This document shows, piece after piece, positions 24,570 through 37,424 of a stretch of 64,000 bases of DNA (positions within the stretch are counted from its first letter, which is position 1; every line of letters begins with the position of its first letter). Below the pieces are notes generated by a model that was not told the DNA's origin, did not search any database, and worked only from the letters and a program-made list of their open reading frames with translations. Both the position numbers and the translations under genes were made by a program. This DNA comes from Octopus sinensis (Eukaryota), in assembly GCF_006345805.1 (NCBI RefSeq), contig NC_043004.1:71176001-71240000 (forward strand), given 5' to 3'.

Positions 24570-25564
24570 TTCGTTTGCAATATTCTTTATGTGAATACGT
24601 GTGTTGTGACATATTTTGTTCTGTCTGGGGAGAGTCATTGACGTTTAATGCCTTATTATTCAACACCCTCACCAGTTCGATCCCCACTTATTTGATGTTA
24701 CAAAACTTTTCTTTGCGTCTTGCGTCATTTCCAATAGTCGTAGGTTTTGTCCGTTATCGGAGCTGCGTACTTTTTGTTTGTTTGTTTGTGCGCATGCGTG
24801 TGCGTCAGCACGCATGTCTATACACATATGTATGTATGTGTATGCATATATATGTATACATGTGTGTATGTTTCTATGCATATTCAGGTGTTTGTGTGTT
24901 TATGTTTCAATGCTTGTATGTGTGTGTGCATTTTTGTGTACCCCTGTCTCCTTGTGTGTGCATGCTTGAGCGTGTCTATGTGTATGTGTTTGTCTTCCTA
25001 TGAACGTGTGTCTGTCATGTATGGATGTGTGTCTCCATATGTGTCCTTGTGTGTGTGTGTGCGTGATGTATGCATGTGTGTATATCGTTATGTGTTTCAG
25101 TCTTCATCTATGTATGTCCATATGTATGCGTGCTTGTCTGCCCGTATTACCTATGTACCTATCTATCGGTTTATCTATCTATTTCCTACATATCCATTTA
25201 CCTACAGACACATACACACATTTATATACACACATATACATATACACGTCTACATAACAGCCTACTAAGAACACTATGTTAGTTTTTTGAAATGAAGTCA
25301 CACAATTGTAGAAGATATTAAAGAAGTCGTTTTATTGCCAAGAATTAGTAAAACGATGGTAAAATAAATCCCTAAAACAAACCACAAAACTTTACGATTT
25401 ATGTCAATAAACCAATATATGTGTCCACCCCACATCACAAAATTAAATATGGAAACCAGTAATGAGAGAATAATTGTTAGGCGTATCCATGTATAAAATG
25501 ACAATCCATCCATTCGTCCATCCATACATAAGCATACATATATATGTGTCTATCACAAAACAGA

Positions 25565-25691
<127 letters not shown>

Positions 25692-26164
25692 GTTTGTATA
25701 TGTGTGAGTGTTTCTTAAGCATGCAGAAATTTTGAGAGAACGTGAACAAATTAGTTTTTGACAGGTGAACTCAAAACAAATAATGAGATAAATAATAATA
25801 TCAAATTGTGGCACAAGGCCAGCAATATCGATGAGGCGGCGGGTAAGTTGATTGCATCGATTCCCGAAATCAACTGGTACTTGTTGTATCGAGTTTGAAA
25901 GGTAAGTCTATCTCGGCGTAATTTGAACTCAGAACATGAAGACAGACGAGATGCCACTAAGTAGATCTGTCGCTCCCTTCCACCACCACCACGACTTCCA
26001 CTGGTACAGGTAAAAATAATAACTTCTAAGTACTGTGTTTAAAAGTAAACCCTTTGAACAAGTCGAATGCTGCTTTCAATCCAAAAGATCTTGATTCCCA
26101 ATATTTACATAGTCTTATCAACTCTAGGAACAGGGTGCGAAAGTTTGGAGAAGTGGGAAGGCAA

Positions 26165-26702
26165 GTCGATTAGATCAACCTTACTACGCAAAGGGTACTT
26201 AATTTATCGACCCTGAAAGGATGAACGGCAAAGTCGACCCCGGCGGAATTTGAACTCAGAATATAAAGACAGACGAAATACCTATTTCTTTACTACCCAC
26301 AAGGGGCTAAACACAGAGAGGACAAACAAGGACATACAAACGGATTAAGTCGTTTTTATATCGACCCCAGTGCGTAACTGGTACTTATTTAATCGATCCC
26401 GAAAGGATGACAGACAAAGTCGATCTCGGCGGAATTTGAACTCAGAACGTGGCGGCAGACGAAATACCTATTTCTTTAGTACCCACAAGGGGCTAAACAG
26501 AGAGGCGACGAACAAGGACAGACAAACGGATTAAGTCGATTACCCGGACCCCAGTGCGTTGTTGGTACTTACTTTATCGACCCCGAAAGGATGAAAGGCA
26601 AGGTCGACCTCGGCGGAATTTGAACTCAAAACGTAAAGACAGACGAAATACCGTTGGGCATTTCGCCCGGCGTGCAAACGTTTCTGCCAGCGCGCCGCCT
26701 TC
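26165..26702 (-). mobile_element. SINE family C (Meta-domain-like core) as a head plus tandem ~185-bp body units
   Basis: Head AAGGCGGCG(A/C)GCTGGCAG...GTTCAAATTCC; core CCTTTCATCCTTTCGGGGTCGATAAA..AAGTACCAG; CAGACGAAATACC recurs at 26270, 26456 and 26640. Confidence 0.85.
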
Positions 26703-27420
26703 CAATACCTACATTTTGTCATATGCAGGATGCTCCACATCGCGTTCAACTGTTGAAAATGATAGACATACATACATATACGTAAATGTGTGTGCTTGTG
26801 TGCGTGCATGTGTGTTTGCATATATGTCTGCCTGTATGTATGTATGTATTTAAGCGAGTAAGCATGTATGCACGTACGAATGTATGCATGTAAGCATATG
26901 TATATGTCTGCACGTACGCATGTATGTATGTATGTATTTAACTATGTACTGCGGGAAACATGCTTTAAAAAGATTAAGGTAATCGCATCGTATTTGAACA
27001 TATTCTGTATAAGCTCTAAACATTTCTGCGTTTATCGTCGAGAAAATTCATGCACACAACTGACATCTAATGCTGGTCTATGTGTTTGACATCTGATCCG
27101 GACGTGGCATACTAAGTGAACTTGATTAATGCAAGGGCAGCTGGAACATTTGCAGGTCAAGGATTATCAAGACACATAATACCAAGAAAGAAAAGGGACG
27201 GTGGTGGTGGTGGTGGAGAATGAACGTTGTTTTATATGTTGCATCATATTTTTTTGTTCTTTTGTTTGACACTAATGTTCATCGTATGTTCATCGTATCC
27301 TAGTTGCAGACACAGAAATGTAATTATTCGTGCTTTTGGATATCATTATTTTCAACATTGCCATTTATTGCTTACATATATTTGTAAAACGTGTAGTGAA
27401 TACTTTCGTATATACATGTA

Positions 27421-27461
<41 letters not shown>

Positions 27462-27646
27462 CCACACATATACATATACATATACCTATTATACTTATGT
27501 ATGTATATGTGTATGTGTATATATATATACATTTATACACAGACACACATACATATATATATACACATATCTATCATTCTTATGTATGTATATGTGTATG
27601 TGTCTATATAAATATATATATATGTGTGTGTGTGTATATATATATG

Positions 27647-27708
<62 letters not shown>

Positions 27709-27713
<5 letters not shown>

Positions 27714-27926
27714 TACGGCAGAATTAACAACCTGTTTGTATTTAATAACTTTTATTACATATGAGCGTTTATTAAGTAATTTTTTTATTGAACATACATT
27801 TATTGCATTACTTAAAGAAATGAATAATAAACTAATGAAAAACATCGCAGACATTTTAGGAAATAAAAACGAAACTTAATTAGAAAACTCAAATTCAAAC
27901 GGCCGTTAATTCTGCCACACCCTGTA
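27709..27926. mobile_element. Tc1/mariner-type MITE remnant
   Basis: Imperfect ~20-bp TIRs (GCGGTACGGCAGAATTAAC / GTTAATTCTGCCACACCCTG) with TA flanks and an AT-rich interior. Confidence 0.55.
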
Positions 27927-27934
27927 TATAGATA

Positions 27935-28245
27935 TATCACGTGATGTCATCACGTGACCGACCAGACCATCAGATGTTGTTACACATCGCTGGTCACAAT
28001 GCGTTCGCATTGTTTTAGCCTTTGAATGACGCCACCCCGCTGGCTAAGAGAGCAGGCCAACAGAAGAACGAGTGGGAGAAAGAGTGGTGAAAGAGTACAG
28101 CAGGGATCACCTCCCTGCCGGAGCGTCGTGGAGCTTTTTAGGTATTTTCGCTCAATAAACACTCACAACCCCCGGTCTGGGAATCGAAACCGCGATCGTA
28201 CGACCGGGAGTCCGCTGCCCTAACCACTGGGCCATTGCGCATCCA
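27935..28245 (-). mobile_element. SINE family B head and body with tail type 2
   Basis: GCGCAATGGCCCAGTGGTTAGGGCAGCGGACT..GGTTTCGATTCCC head; diverges from the 23765 copy after CTCTTTCACCAC; ends GGTCTGGTCGGTCACGTGAT. Confidence 0.8.
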
Positions 28246-28639
28246 CATATAGATATATATTGGTATACATCTATTTGGTTGTATATGTAGGCAAGTATTT
28301 ATATACTTCGGCTTTGTATATAGTTTACAAGTTTGTATGTATTCGTGCGTGCATGTATGTATAATGCTCGAGATATGTAAAACCATTATCTATATAGATA
28401 TACAGCGTGAGTAAAGTATTTGAAGGCATAACTTTTGGGGGTCATTGCTGCCGTTTTTTTTTTTCTGTTGCTAACTCTGATTAATCTTTGTTTCAGAGCA
28501 TAATAATGGCAGACACACTGCTTACTCAAGAAACGAAGAGGCAGCGATTTAGAAATATCTCGATTTTTAAAAGATGCCAAAGTTTGTAAGGAGCTAGAGA
28601 CTGAAGATAGAAACATATCACCAGTATCAAATCATAAAA

Positions 28640-29445
28640 AGCATTCTAAACGCTCTGAAACCATCAGAACACTTGAATTTATCCAGCGATTTCAACAGAT
28701 GATTAATTGTAATCCCAGAAATCCATGAGGTCAATTGCAAAAGATCTTCACGTGTCAGAAGGAACACTCAGAAATGTTGTCCACGAAGACATCAGTTATA
28801 AGTCTTATATGATGTGGAAAGGTCAATTTGTCAGAAAAAGCAAAAGAAAATCACTACATCAGATCTAAAAGGCTCTTAAACAAACTGAAAAATCCAGCAG
28901 GAGATTTCGTTTGGTTTTTCTCAAACGAGAAAAAATCCGAATAAGATCAAAAAGTTAATAGAAGAAATTACAAATAGTTATGTGCAGAACTTTCTGAAGT
29001 TCCAAGTTTTATGCATAAAAAAATTTCCTGCAATGGGTTTGGGGATCATCAGCACTGAAGAACATATGATGCCTCCTTGCTTCTTTCCATAAAGCCTTAG
29101 AATTAACTCTGCCGCCTACATTGTGGTCCTGGAAACAATTGTTAAACCCTGGATAGACAGTGTATGCAATGGAAGGTCATATGTATTTCAGTAAAACTCT
29201 GCACTATCACACATAGCTCTAGTAACACAGGAAAGATCTCAATCAATTGAACTATTACATGTGGGGCGTTGTTGAGAGAGATGTCAATGAAGACGCCCAT
29301 AGAATAAAGATTCTTTGAAAGCTGACGTACTCAGAGTAATGTCCAAAATGAACCAGGACAATTTGATTCGAGTATGTATATGTTGTATATCTCATAAAGA
29401 AACAGTTGTTGAAGCTGAAGGTGGCTTTATAGTATAAAATATTAG
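28640..29445 (+). pseudogene. Degenerate Tc1/mariner-superfamily transposase, DD37D/maT-like
   Basis: KRSETIRT.EF...SMRSIAKDLHVSEGT.RNVVHEDI.YKSY, WFFS(D)EK, MMPP.FF...RIN.AAYI.VLET.VKPWI, YVFQ(QD)SA..H, DLN.L.YY.WG.VE, VEAEGGFI; many stops and indels. Confidence 0.8.
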
Positions 29446-29524
29446 AAATGGTTTATTTTTACCCTCATAGCATTTTTTGATAAATAAAGTTATTATCTCT
29501 TATTATATATATCTATTTCTTTTC

Positions 29525-29741
29525 TGGTTGTATACTGTCAATCTAACACGAACGTGACAGTAGGGGGGGGGGTGCACCACCGCTGTTTTAGCCCTAGGAA
29601 TCATCGACGCCTCCTGATGGATTTGACACATTTTTCCTGTGTCCTTATATACATTTAAATGTGTCAAAGCCATCAGGGCTAAAACAGCGGTGGTGTACCC
29701 CCCTACTGTCACGTTCGTGTTAGATTGACAGTATACAACCA
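29525..29741. mobile_element. Palindromic MITE-like element
   Basis: Arms TGGTTGTATACTGTCAATCTAACACGAACGTGACAGTAGGGG...TTTGACACATTT and the reverse complement around a ~23-bp spacer; the right arm lacks ~20 bp. Confidence 0.75.
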
Positions 29742-30552
29742 TTCTATCGCCCCACTCCCGTACATGTCTCTACGAGAGATTTAGAAATTTAGTATTTCTG
29801 ATATTTCTTTTCTTATAAATATAAATCTATCGTCCAATATCATACGCACCCTGTAGATATAACTGCACCTGGAGGAATCTTTTTAATATTGTAAGCATAT
29901 ACATCAGGTTTCATTGCTCTCTTTTATGTCTCAAAATTAAAGGCTTTTATAGCGAAAGGTTCTACAAAATTCAACGAGGGTGGTTGGAAATAAGTTTCTT
30001 CCAATAGAATTTAGACGTCGACAAGACTGTTACACGTGTATACATTAAGTATACATTAAACACGTATGCTTCTATGGATACGAGAACTCTTGTGCGTATG
30101 CGTGCCTTCGCGGATGTTATTGCATATTACGCTTGTCGTACTTAGTAAACCTCATCAAATATCCTCATCGTTTTGAGAGCATGGATCTTCTGGCACTTGA
30201 TAATATCTTTGCGGTTTACTGAACTCCGACACCTCTAGATTAGGAACGAACCATTGTGCCACGGCTCAATTTACTCCAGAATTCTTGTGGGACATCGCAT
30301 TATATAAACCGTTTGGGATAACTCAAGATTTCTCATCTATCAGCTTACATATAATTTCTTACTAATTTTAAACATCCTCTTTATATCTTTTCGGCTGCTG
30401 ATTTCAAGAACGCTATATAACATATGTAATTATGTAAGTAAGTATGTATGTATGTATGTATGTATGTATGTATGTATGTATGTATGTCTACTTAACAGCC
30501 TGCTAACAGCTGTGTATATATAAACTACCAGGAGAGAGAGATAAATAAATAA

Positions 30553-30612
<60 letters not shown>

Positions 30613-31372
30613 CTATGTATATGTATACAAATACTCAGACTCATATATGCATTTGCATACAAATATACATACATGCATCTATTTAGAGTGATTTTCTTGA
30701 AGACTCGACAAGAATATTCAACTATTGTTCGTTGAGATGTTATCTCATAATGTCCTCCACCTTATTGCAGCTCATATATTTTGTTAAAGGATAGTCATCC
30801 GTACGTATTTCATTAGATAATGTCCTAATAATGTCTTCCCATCTCATACGTGTATATTAGTTATCAAGTTAATCCCTTCTCTACTTTTACTTGTTTCAAT
30901 GATCGGACTGCGGCCATGCTGGGGGCCCAACTCGGATGTTAAATACTTTCTATGTCAGTTACGATGTTTATGTTAAATCCTGATACCTGTATTGTATTGT
31001 ACGTGTTGGGCAATTTCCTACGCTCTTGTCTCGTTTCCGCGGCGATTCACCGGATTTCTTCCTATTTCCTTAGAGCATCCAAGATTGACTGTCGCTTTGA
31101 AATAGTTTCGGAATGTAGACATGGATGGATATTTGGCTATAGTTATGTTTACACATATGTAATTCTTTGAGCGTATAACAGTGAAACGTGTCTTCCTGTA
31201 TGTGACGACAATAACATTAACCATTCTTTGGTTCCAAAGTACTGATATATTCTTATTTGTGTGCTGCACATATACACACATATACACATAGATACATACA
31301 CGTAAACATTAACATCTGCATGTATATATATATATATATACACACGTTTGTGCGTGTATATGTTTGTGTATC

Positions 31373-31580
31373 TGTGTTTGTCCCTCCAACATCACTTGAC
31401 AACCGATGGTAGTGTGTTTACGTCCCCGTAACTTAGCGGTTCGGCAAAAGAGAACGATATCATCAGTACTAGGCTTACAAAGAATAAGCCCTGGGGTCGA
31501 GTTGCTCGACTAAAGGCGGTGCTCCAGCATGGCCGCAGTCAAATTACTGAAACAAGTAAAAGAGTAAAAGAGAGTAAAGA
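31373..31580 (+). mobile_element. SINE family A, 3' half
   Basis: Matches 1700-1895. Confidence 0.8.
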
Positions 31581-31886
31581 TTTATATATATACACATATA
31601 TAATTTCAACAATTGAGGGTAAAATTAATTAATTAATCAATTTCACCAAGTATTCAGTATGCAAAGGGACCATTTAAGGCGAATTCAAATTATTACATTA
31701 TATAAAAGGGCTTAGTAAAATAAATTACTTTGCCGCATACTGAACTCATTAGAAATAGCAGCTAAAAAAACTTTTTAAGAACAATTTCTAATACTTAAAG
31801 AAAAACTCTCTCATATAGTGTTTGCTCAATTCAACTCACGAAAATATGGGGGTAGAGACATTAAAAAATCAAATGCAAAGGTTATT

Positions 31887-31939
31887 TGAGAACGTACGTT
31901 TCAAGATTAGTCAAACTCGACATTTCTATCATCAGCTCA
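31887..31939 (-). ncRNA. Type I hammerhead motif, copy 1 of the 558-nt monomer
   Basis: tgag CTGATGA tagaaatgtc gagttt gactaatctt GAAA c gtac GTT ctca. Confidence 0.6.
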
Positions 31940-32210
31940 GAACTCCCTGGTTTGGATTTGAAAACACTGAAAGTGGGAGCATACCCTTTCGGCTTCTTAT
32001 CGCTTCTGAAGATCTGCTCGTAACTAACAGTGCCAACAAACTCAAAAATGCAAGCGAAGAATTTCTGCTCTCCCCTTTCCACCAACGTGGGTTAAAATCA
32101 GTAAACACTATGCTTTTTTCGGTAAAATCCGAGGCATTATATAGAGAGAGATGAATTATAATTTCAACAATTGAGGGTAAAATTAATTAATTAATCAATT
32201 CAGGGAGTTC

Positions 32211-32263
32211 TGAGCTGATGATAGAAATGTCGAGTTTGACTAATCTTGAAACGTACGTTCTCA
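32211..32263 (+). ncRNA. Type I hammerhead motif, copy 2
   Basis: Identical to copy 1; predicted cleavage after 32259; palindromic helix III (ACGUACGU). Confidence 0.6.
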
Positions 32264-32768
32264 AATAACCTTTGCATTTGATTTTTTAATGTCTCTACCC
32301 CCATATTTTCGTGAGTTGAATTGAGCAAACACTATATGAGAGAGGTTTTCTTTAAGTATTAGAAATAGTTTTAAAAAAGTTTTTTTAGCTGCTATTTCTA
32401 ATGAGTTCAGTATGCGGCAAAGTATTTTATTTTACTAAGCCCTTTTATATAATGTAATAATTTGAATTCGCCTTAAATGGTCCCTTTGCATACTGAATAC
32501 TTGGTGAAATTGATTAATTAATTAATTTTACCCTCAATTGTTGAAATTATAATTCATCTCTCTCTATATAATGCCTCGGATTTTACCGAAAAAAGCATAG
32601 TGTTTACTGATTTTAACCCACGTTGGTGGAAAGGGGAGAGCAGAAATTCTTCGCTTGCATTATTGAGTTTGTTGGCACTGTTAGTTACGAGCAGATCTTC
32701 AGAAGCGATAAGAAGCCGAAAGGGTATGCTCCCACTTTCAGTGTTTTCAAATCCAAACCAGGGAGTTC

Positions 32769-32821
32769 TGAGCTGATGATAGAAATGTCGAGTTTGACTA
32801 ATCTTGAAACGTACGTTCTCA
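32769..32821 (+). ncRNA. Type I hammerhead motif, copy 3
   Basis: Identical motif exactly 558 nt downstream of copy 2 on the same strand. Confidence 0.6.
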
Positions 32822-33018
32822 AATAACCTTTGCATTTGATTTTTTAATGTCTCTACCCCCATATTTTCGTGAGTTGAATTGAGCAAACACTATATGAGAG
32901 AGGTTTTCTTTAAGTATTAGAAATAGTTTTAAAAAAGTTTTTTTAGCTGCTATTTCTAATGAGTTCAGTATGCGGCAAAGTAATTTATTTTACTAAGCCC
33001 TTTTATATAATGTAATAT

Positions 33019-33091
<73 letters not shown>

Positions 33092-33204
33092 TATGTATTT
33101 ATCTAATTATATATATACATGTATATGTGACTGTGTGTCTGTCCGTGTGTGTACGCGTGTGTGAATGTGTGTATGTGTGTGTGTGTGTGTGTGGTTGTAT
33201 GTCT

Positions 33205-33420
33205 GTGTTTGTCTCCCAACATCGCTTGACAACCGATGCTGGTGTGTTTATATTCCCGTAACTTAGCGGTTCGGCAAAATACACCAACAGAATAAGTACT
33301 AGGCTTACAAAGAATAAGTTCTGGGGTCGATTTATTCGACTAAAGGCGGTGTTCCAGCATGGGCATGGCCGCATTCTAGTGACTGAAAGAAAAAAAAGAA
33401 AAAAAAAGAAACAACTAAAG
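33205..33420 (+). mobile_element. SINE family A, 3' half
   Basis: Matches 1700-1895. Confidence 0.8.
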
Positions 33421-34466
33421 TTATCCAATCAGTTTCATGTCTCCATGACAGCCTAGAATTTGTCTATTTGTTGGAATTTTTATATTTGACCAACTGAAAT
33501 GAACTTTCCAAACTGACCGTTTGTCATTGTTTCTGCATGACATTCGTAGAAACCATGCTTCCACGATATTTGCGATTAGTGCCAATATGCTGGTTTTGAG
33601 AGCGTCGCATAACTTGACAGCCCATGGGTACAAAGATGGATTATAAAATTTATCAATAGCTAACTTACTCGAAACGAAATTTTTATATATCTTAAGGGAA
33701 GCAAGCGTCGCATTCAGAAGCCAAAGGGGACACCCGTTCATATCAATTAGTACACCAATAACCCCAGATATAACTAGCAACTTACGACTAGGTATTAACA
33801 CGTGTAATTATCTCCCGATGTAGTAATTTTAGACAGAATACAGCTGTATCCAGTCTCTCCGGTCACCGCGAATAAATCCCGATGTGGCTGCCCTTAAATG
33901 CATTGCGATGAATGACACGCCTTTCTCATTTCTATTTCAAATTCATATGGCTGTTTCGTATTACGATTATAGAATTCATGTTTCAATGTGTAATATGAGA
34001 ATTACCCATTGTGTGATATTACAAAAGCTGTTATAAGAAAGGAATATCTCCGTCTTTCGAAATATTATGAAATTGCAAAACAAAGGTTTGCTTTTAATTC
34101 GAACGGTTTACAAATACTTTGAATTACTTGAATTTAACACAACAACAGCCCATTCTTTGAACTATCACGAAAATAGTGCACAGCTAAGCTTTTAGTCAGT
34201 TTGTGCTGAAATACGTGGAAGAAAGATTGAAAGACCGACGTAAGCAAATAGGAGTTTCTATACATATGCTCACGTATATAATTCCGACTTTCTATGCATA
34301 GATATTTAAGAAATAACTAAATGTTTTATAAGCGTATATTTAGATATATATGTGTGTGTGTGTATCTGCGTTTGTGTGCGTGTGTGTGTATGTGCACGTA
34401 TGTATGAATGTATAAATATATAAATAAATATATGTATATATGTGTGAGTGTGTGTGTATACATATA

Positions 34467-34503
<37 letters not shown>

Positions 34504-34708
34504 GTGTATGTATGTATGTATGCATGTATCTATATATTCACACAATGTATAAAAGCAGCCATTAATAAGTAATTTGAGCGGCCATTTTTTCCCTATGGCG
34601 TATTCTCGAGTCATGTAATAACCCTCTACATTAATCCAATACACCACGGATATTATAGTCATAGTTTCACAACCGCAAATTACACACACACACACACACA
34701 TACACACA

Positions 34709-34739
<31 letters not shown>

Positions 34740-34950
34740 TGCATACAGCTATATTCCTTGAGACAGCAATACTCTCAAAATTACTAGCTGACAATTAGTG
34801 ACAAACAAAACCAATTTATATTTCTTAACGTAATAAAGAATAATTGTTATTATGAATTACATTTGAAATTAGCATTAATACGTTTATATTCATCGTGAGT
34901 CTCTGCATATATACATACATACACATATATACATATATATATAATATATA

Positions 34951-35040
<90 letters not shown>

Positions 35041-35041
35041 A

Positions 35042-35073
<32 letters not shown>

Positions 35074-35094
35074 CTCTATCTCTCTATCTCTCTA

Positions 35095-35150
<56 letters not shown>

Positions 35151-35595
35151 CGCCTGGTAAATTAATTAACAGTAATTAATTAAATATCTTAGAAATTGTA
35201 TTGCATACTCAGTGGTGTAAATCACAATTTCAAAGTTAAATATTATAAGCAACAAACAATCTTTTCATCACGAAATGCTATGATTAAACAAAACGGAAAG
35301 TTGTTTACGTAACCAGAAGTTATCTACAGAATGTAGTGCGGTCATTATTATTATTACTATTATTATTTCTGATGAAGAAAATGGACGATGGATTCTACGA
35401 AGATGTCGTCGGCACAAATGCGTGGCGCAGAAGTGTGAGTGCGTTTCTCTTTTTCTCTCTCTGTGTCTCTCTCACCCTCTCTCTTTCCGCCCCCTCTCTC
35501 TCTCTGTGAGTGCACGCTAGTAGTTATTTCTATATCTTTCATCCTTTGTCTCTATCTTTATGCATAGATAGATTTGCGCCTATGTCAATAAATAC

Positions 35596-35634
<39 letters not shown>

Positions 35635-35666
35635 CATAAACTTATACGCGTGTACATACATATATA

Positions 35667-35726
<60 letters not shown>

Positions 35727-36719
35727 GATAGATGAAATAAATATAGTCATATATCGCCATATGTATACATGTGTGTGAGTGTCCAAGCGCGCGTGTTTGT
35801 GTAAATACTAATTTTGCTATTCATAGATTCATAGAACCTCTAATAAAATTGCCAACGCTGTTCCAAGAACTTATTATTGTTGTTGTAGCTGTTGTTTACG
35901 TCTCCGCTTTACCATTTTTATCTCTGTTCCTTCGTATGATATTCTTTACACTTAATTATTTATATATTGTTTTGATTTCATTCATTCTTTTTACCAACAT
36001 TTTTAGCAATTATATGTTAGTGTTAATTATTTCTATTTGTTTCTATTGTGTAAAACTTGAATTTAAGCTGGGAATAGATAACGAACTACTTTTCAAATTG
36101 CTTTTCTACAGGAAGCTGATATTGTTTTGATATTCCTGCAGATTTTATTTGTTATTTTAGTTTTCGTTGGCGAACCTATTGCAGAACTAAGGGTCACTAA
36201 CACTCGGACACTCGCTAATAAGGCATTATTCATTAAGATCCTTTATACATATACACTTGTACGTCATGTGCCTTATCCCTCACAAGTCCACTATTAAGTC
36301 AACGGGCCTTGATTCGCTTACGACTAACTCATTTCCGATTCAGTTACAGTAAATATCTCAGTATTTGTTTTTGCATTCGGAAGACACCTTCTGCTAAACG
36401 CACTAATGATTCATTAGTTATTAGGCACACACAGCAATATACCACACTCCATAGTTTCCCTCACCAGTGAAGTACTCGCTACTATGACACGCTGCGTATG
36501 CACTCTCTTACGACACCCACCGTGAGCCTCCCAACTGAAAGAACCACACCACTCTCAAACACAGCAATGTGACATTCCTAAAGCATTCACAATTAATTAG
36601 ATCCCAATTCTTTCATTCTTTGATAAGATGTTCACCACTGACACGTTCAACACCTTGATATTCACTGGTTAAACACACACACACCGCTTATGCACCCAGC
36701 ATTATGTTTCTCACTATTA

Positions 36720-36942
36720 CTATTTCTTTACTACCCACAAGGGGCTAAACACAGAGGGGACAAACAAGGACAGACAAGCGGATTAAGCCGATTATATCGA
36801 CCCCCAGTGCGTAACTGGTACTTATTTCATCGACCCCGAAATGATGAAAGGCAAAGTCGACCTCGGTGGAATTTGAACTCAGAACGAAATACTGCTAAGC
36901 ATTTCGCCCGGCGTGCTAACGATTCTACTAGCTCGCCGCCTT
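36720..36942 (-). mobile_element. SINE family C
   Basis: Reverse complement of the 56704-56940 type. Confidence 0.85.
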
Positions 36943-37424
36943 CTACCAGCTCCCTACTTGTGCAATCATCATAGTCACGCTTGCTAACCAAATAAGACAC
37001 TGTTAAGAAACCCAACACCAAAACATCCACCCGTACAAAACTCGTGCATAAGCCACTACCGATTAAAACGCACTCTACAACTACATTCTCTATTAAATTA
37101 CTCTTTACTGGTATACACACCCTTAACACACAACGAAGTCTCTCGTATGCGAAGTTAATCTCTACTATGCCACGTTACCTGTAAAACACTGACGAGGAAG
37201 TCCCTTGTATTTAGAACATCGCTAGTAAAGAAATGTTTCCACTGAGTGTCACTAGCCACGGAGGTGAGCAATACAATGCAGCGGTTGGAATGCATTCGAG
37301 GCTGTTATTCCTACTTCTGCAACTGTAGCTGCAGCGGTTTTCATAACTGCTTCTGTACTTTCTGGACGCATATTTCTAATTGACCCATACTCTCAACATA
37401 CTCCCAACAATACGGTCTTAAATA

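Larger units (their letters stand above)
31600..33017. mobile_element. Non-coding 558-bp hammerhead-bearing monomer in head-to-tail tandems of both orientations
   Basis: Forward unit 31600-32157 restarts at 32158-32200; orientation flips at 32201; reverse copies 32201-32552 and 32553-33017 are joined at the same unit junction; few substitutions between copies. Confidence 0.9.

Noticed and set aside
29596-29680. CTGATGG next to a strong stem as a hammerhead
   Set aside because: No GAAA..UH half follows; the stems are explained by the palindromic MITE arms.
31822-32886. Duplicated 110-aa ORF (31822-32154 + and 32554-32886 -) as a gene pair
   Set aside because: It starts at TTG, lies antisense to the hammerhead inside the 558-bp repeat, has no recognisable domain, and is duplicated only because the monomer is.
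35369-35400. CTGATGA as a hammerhead core
   Set aside because: No helix II/GAAA/cleavage-site geometry; it overlaps the candidate exon instead.
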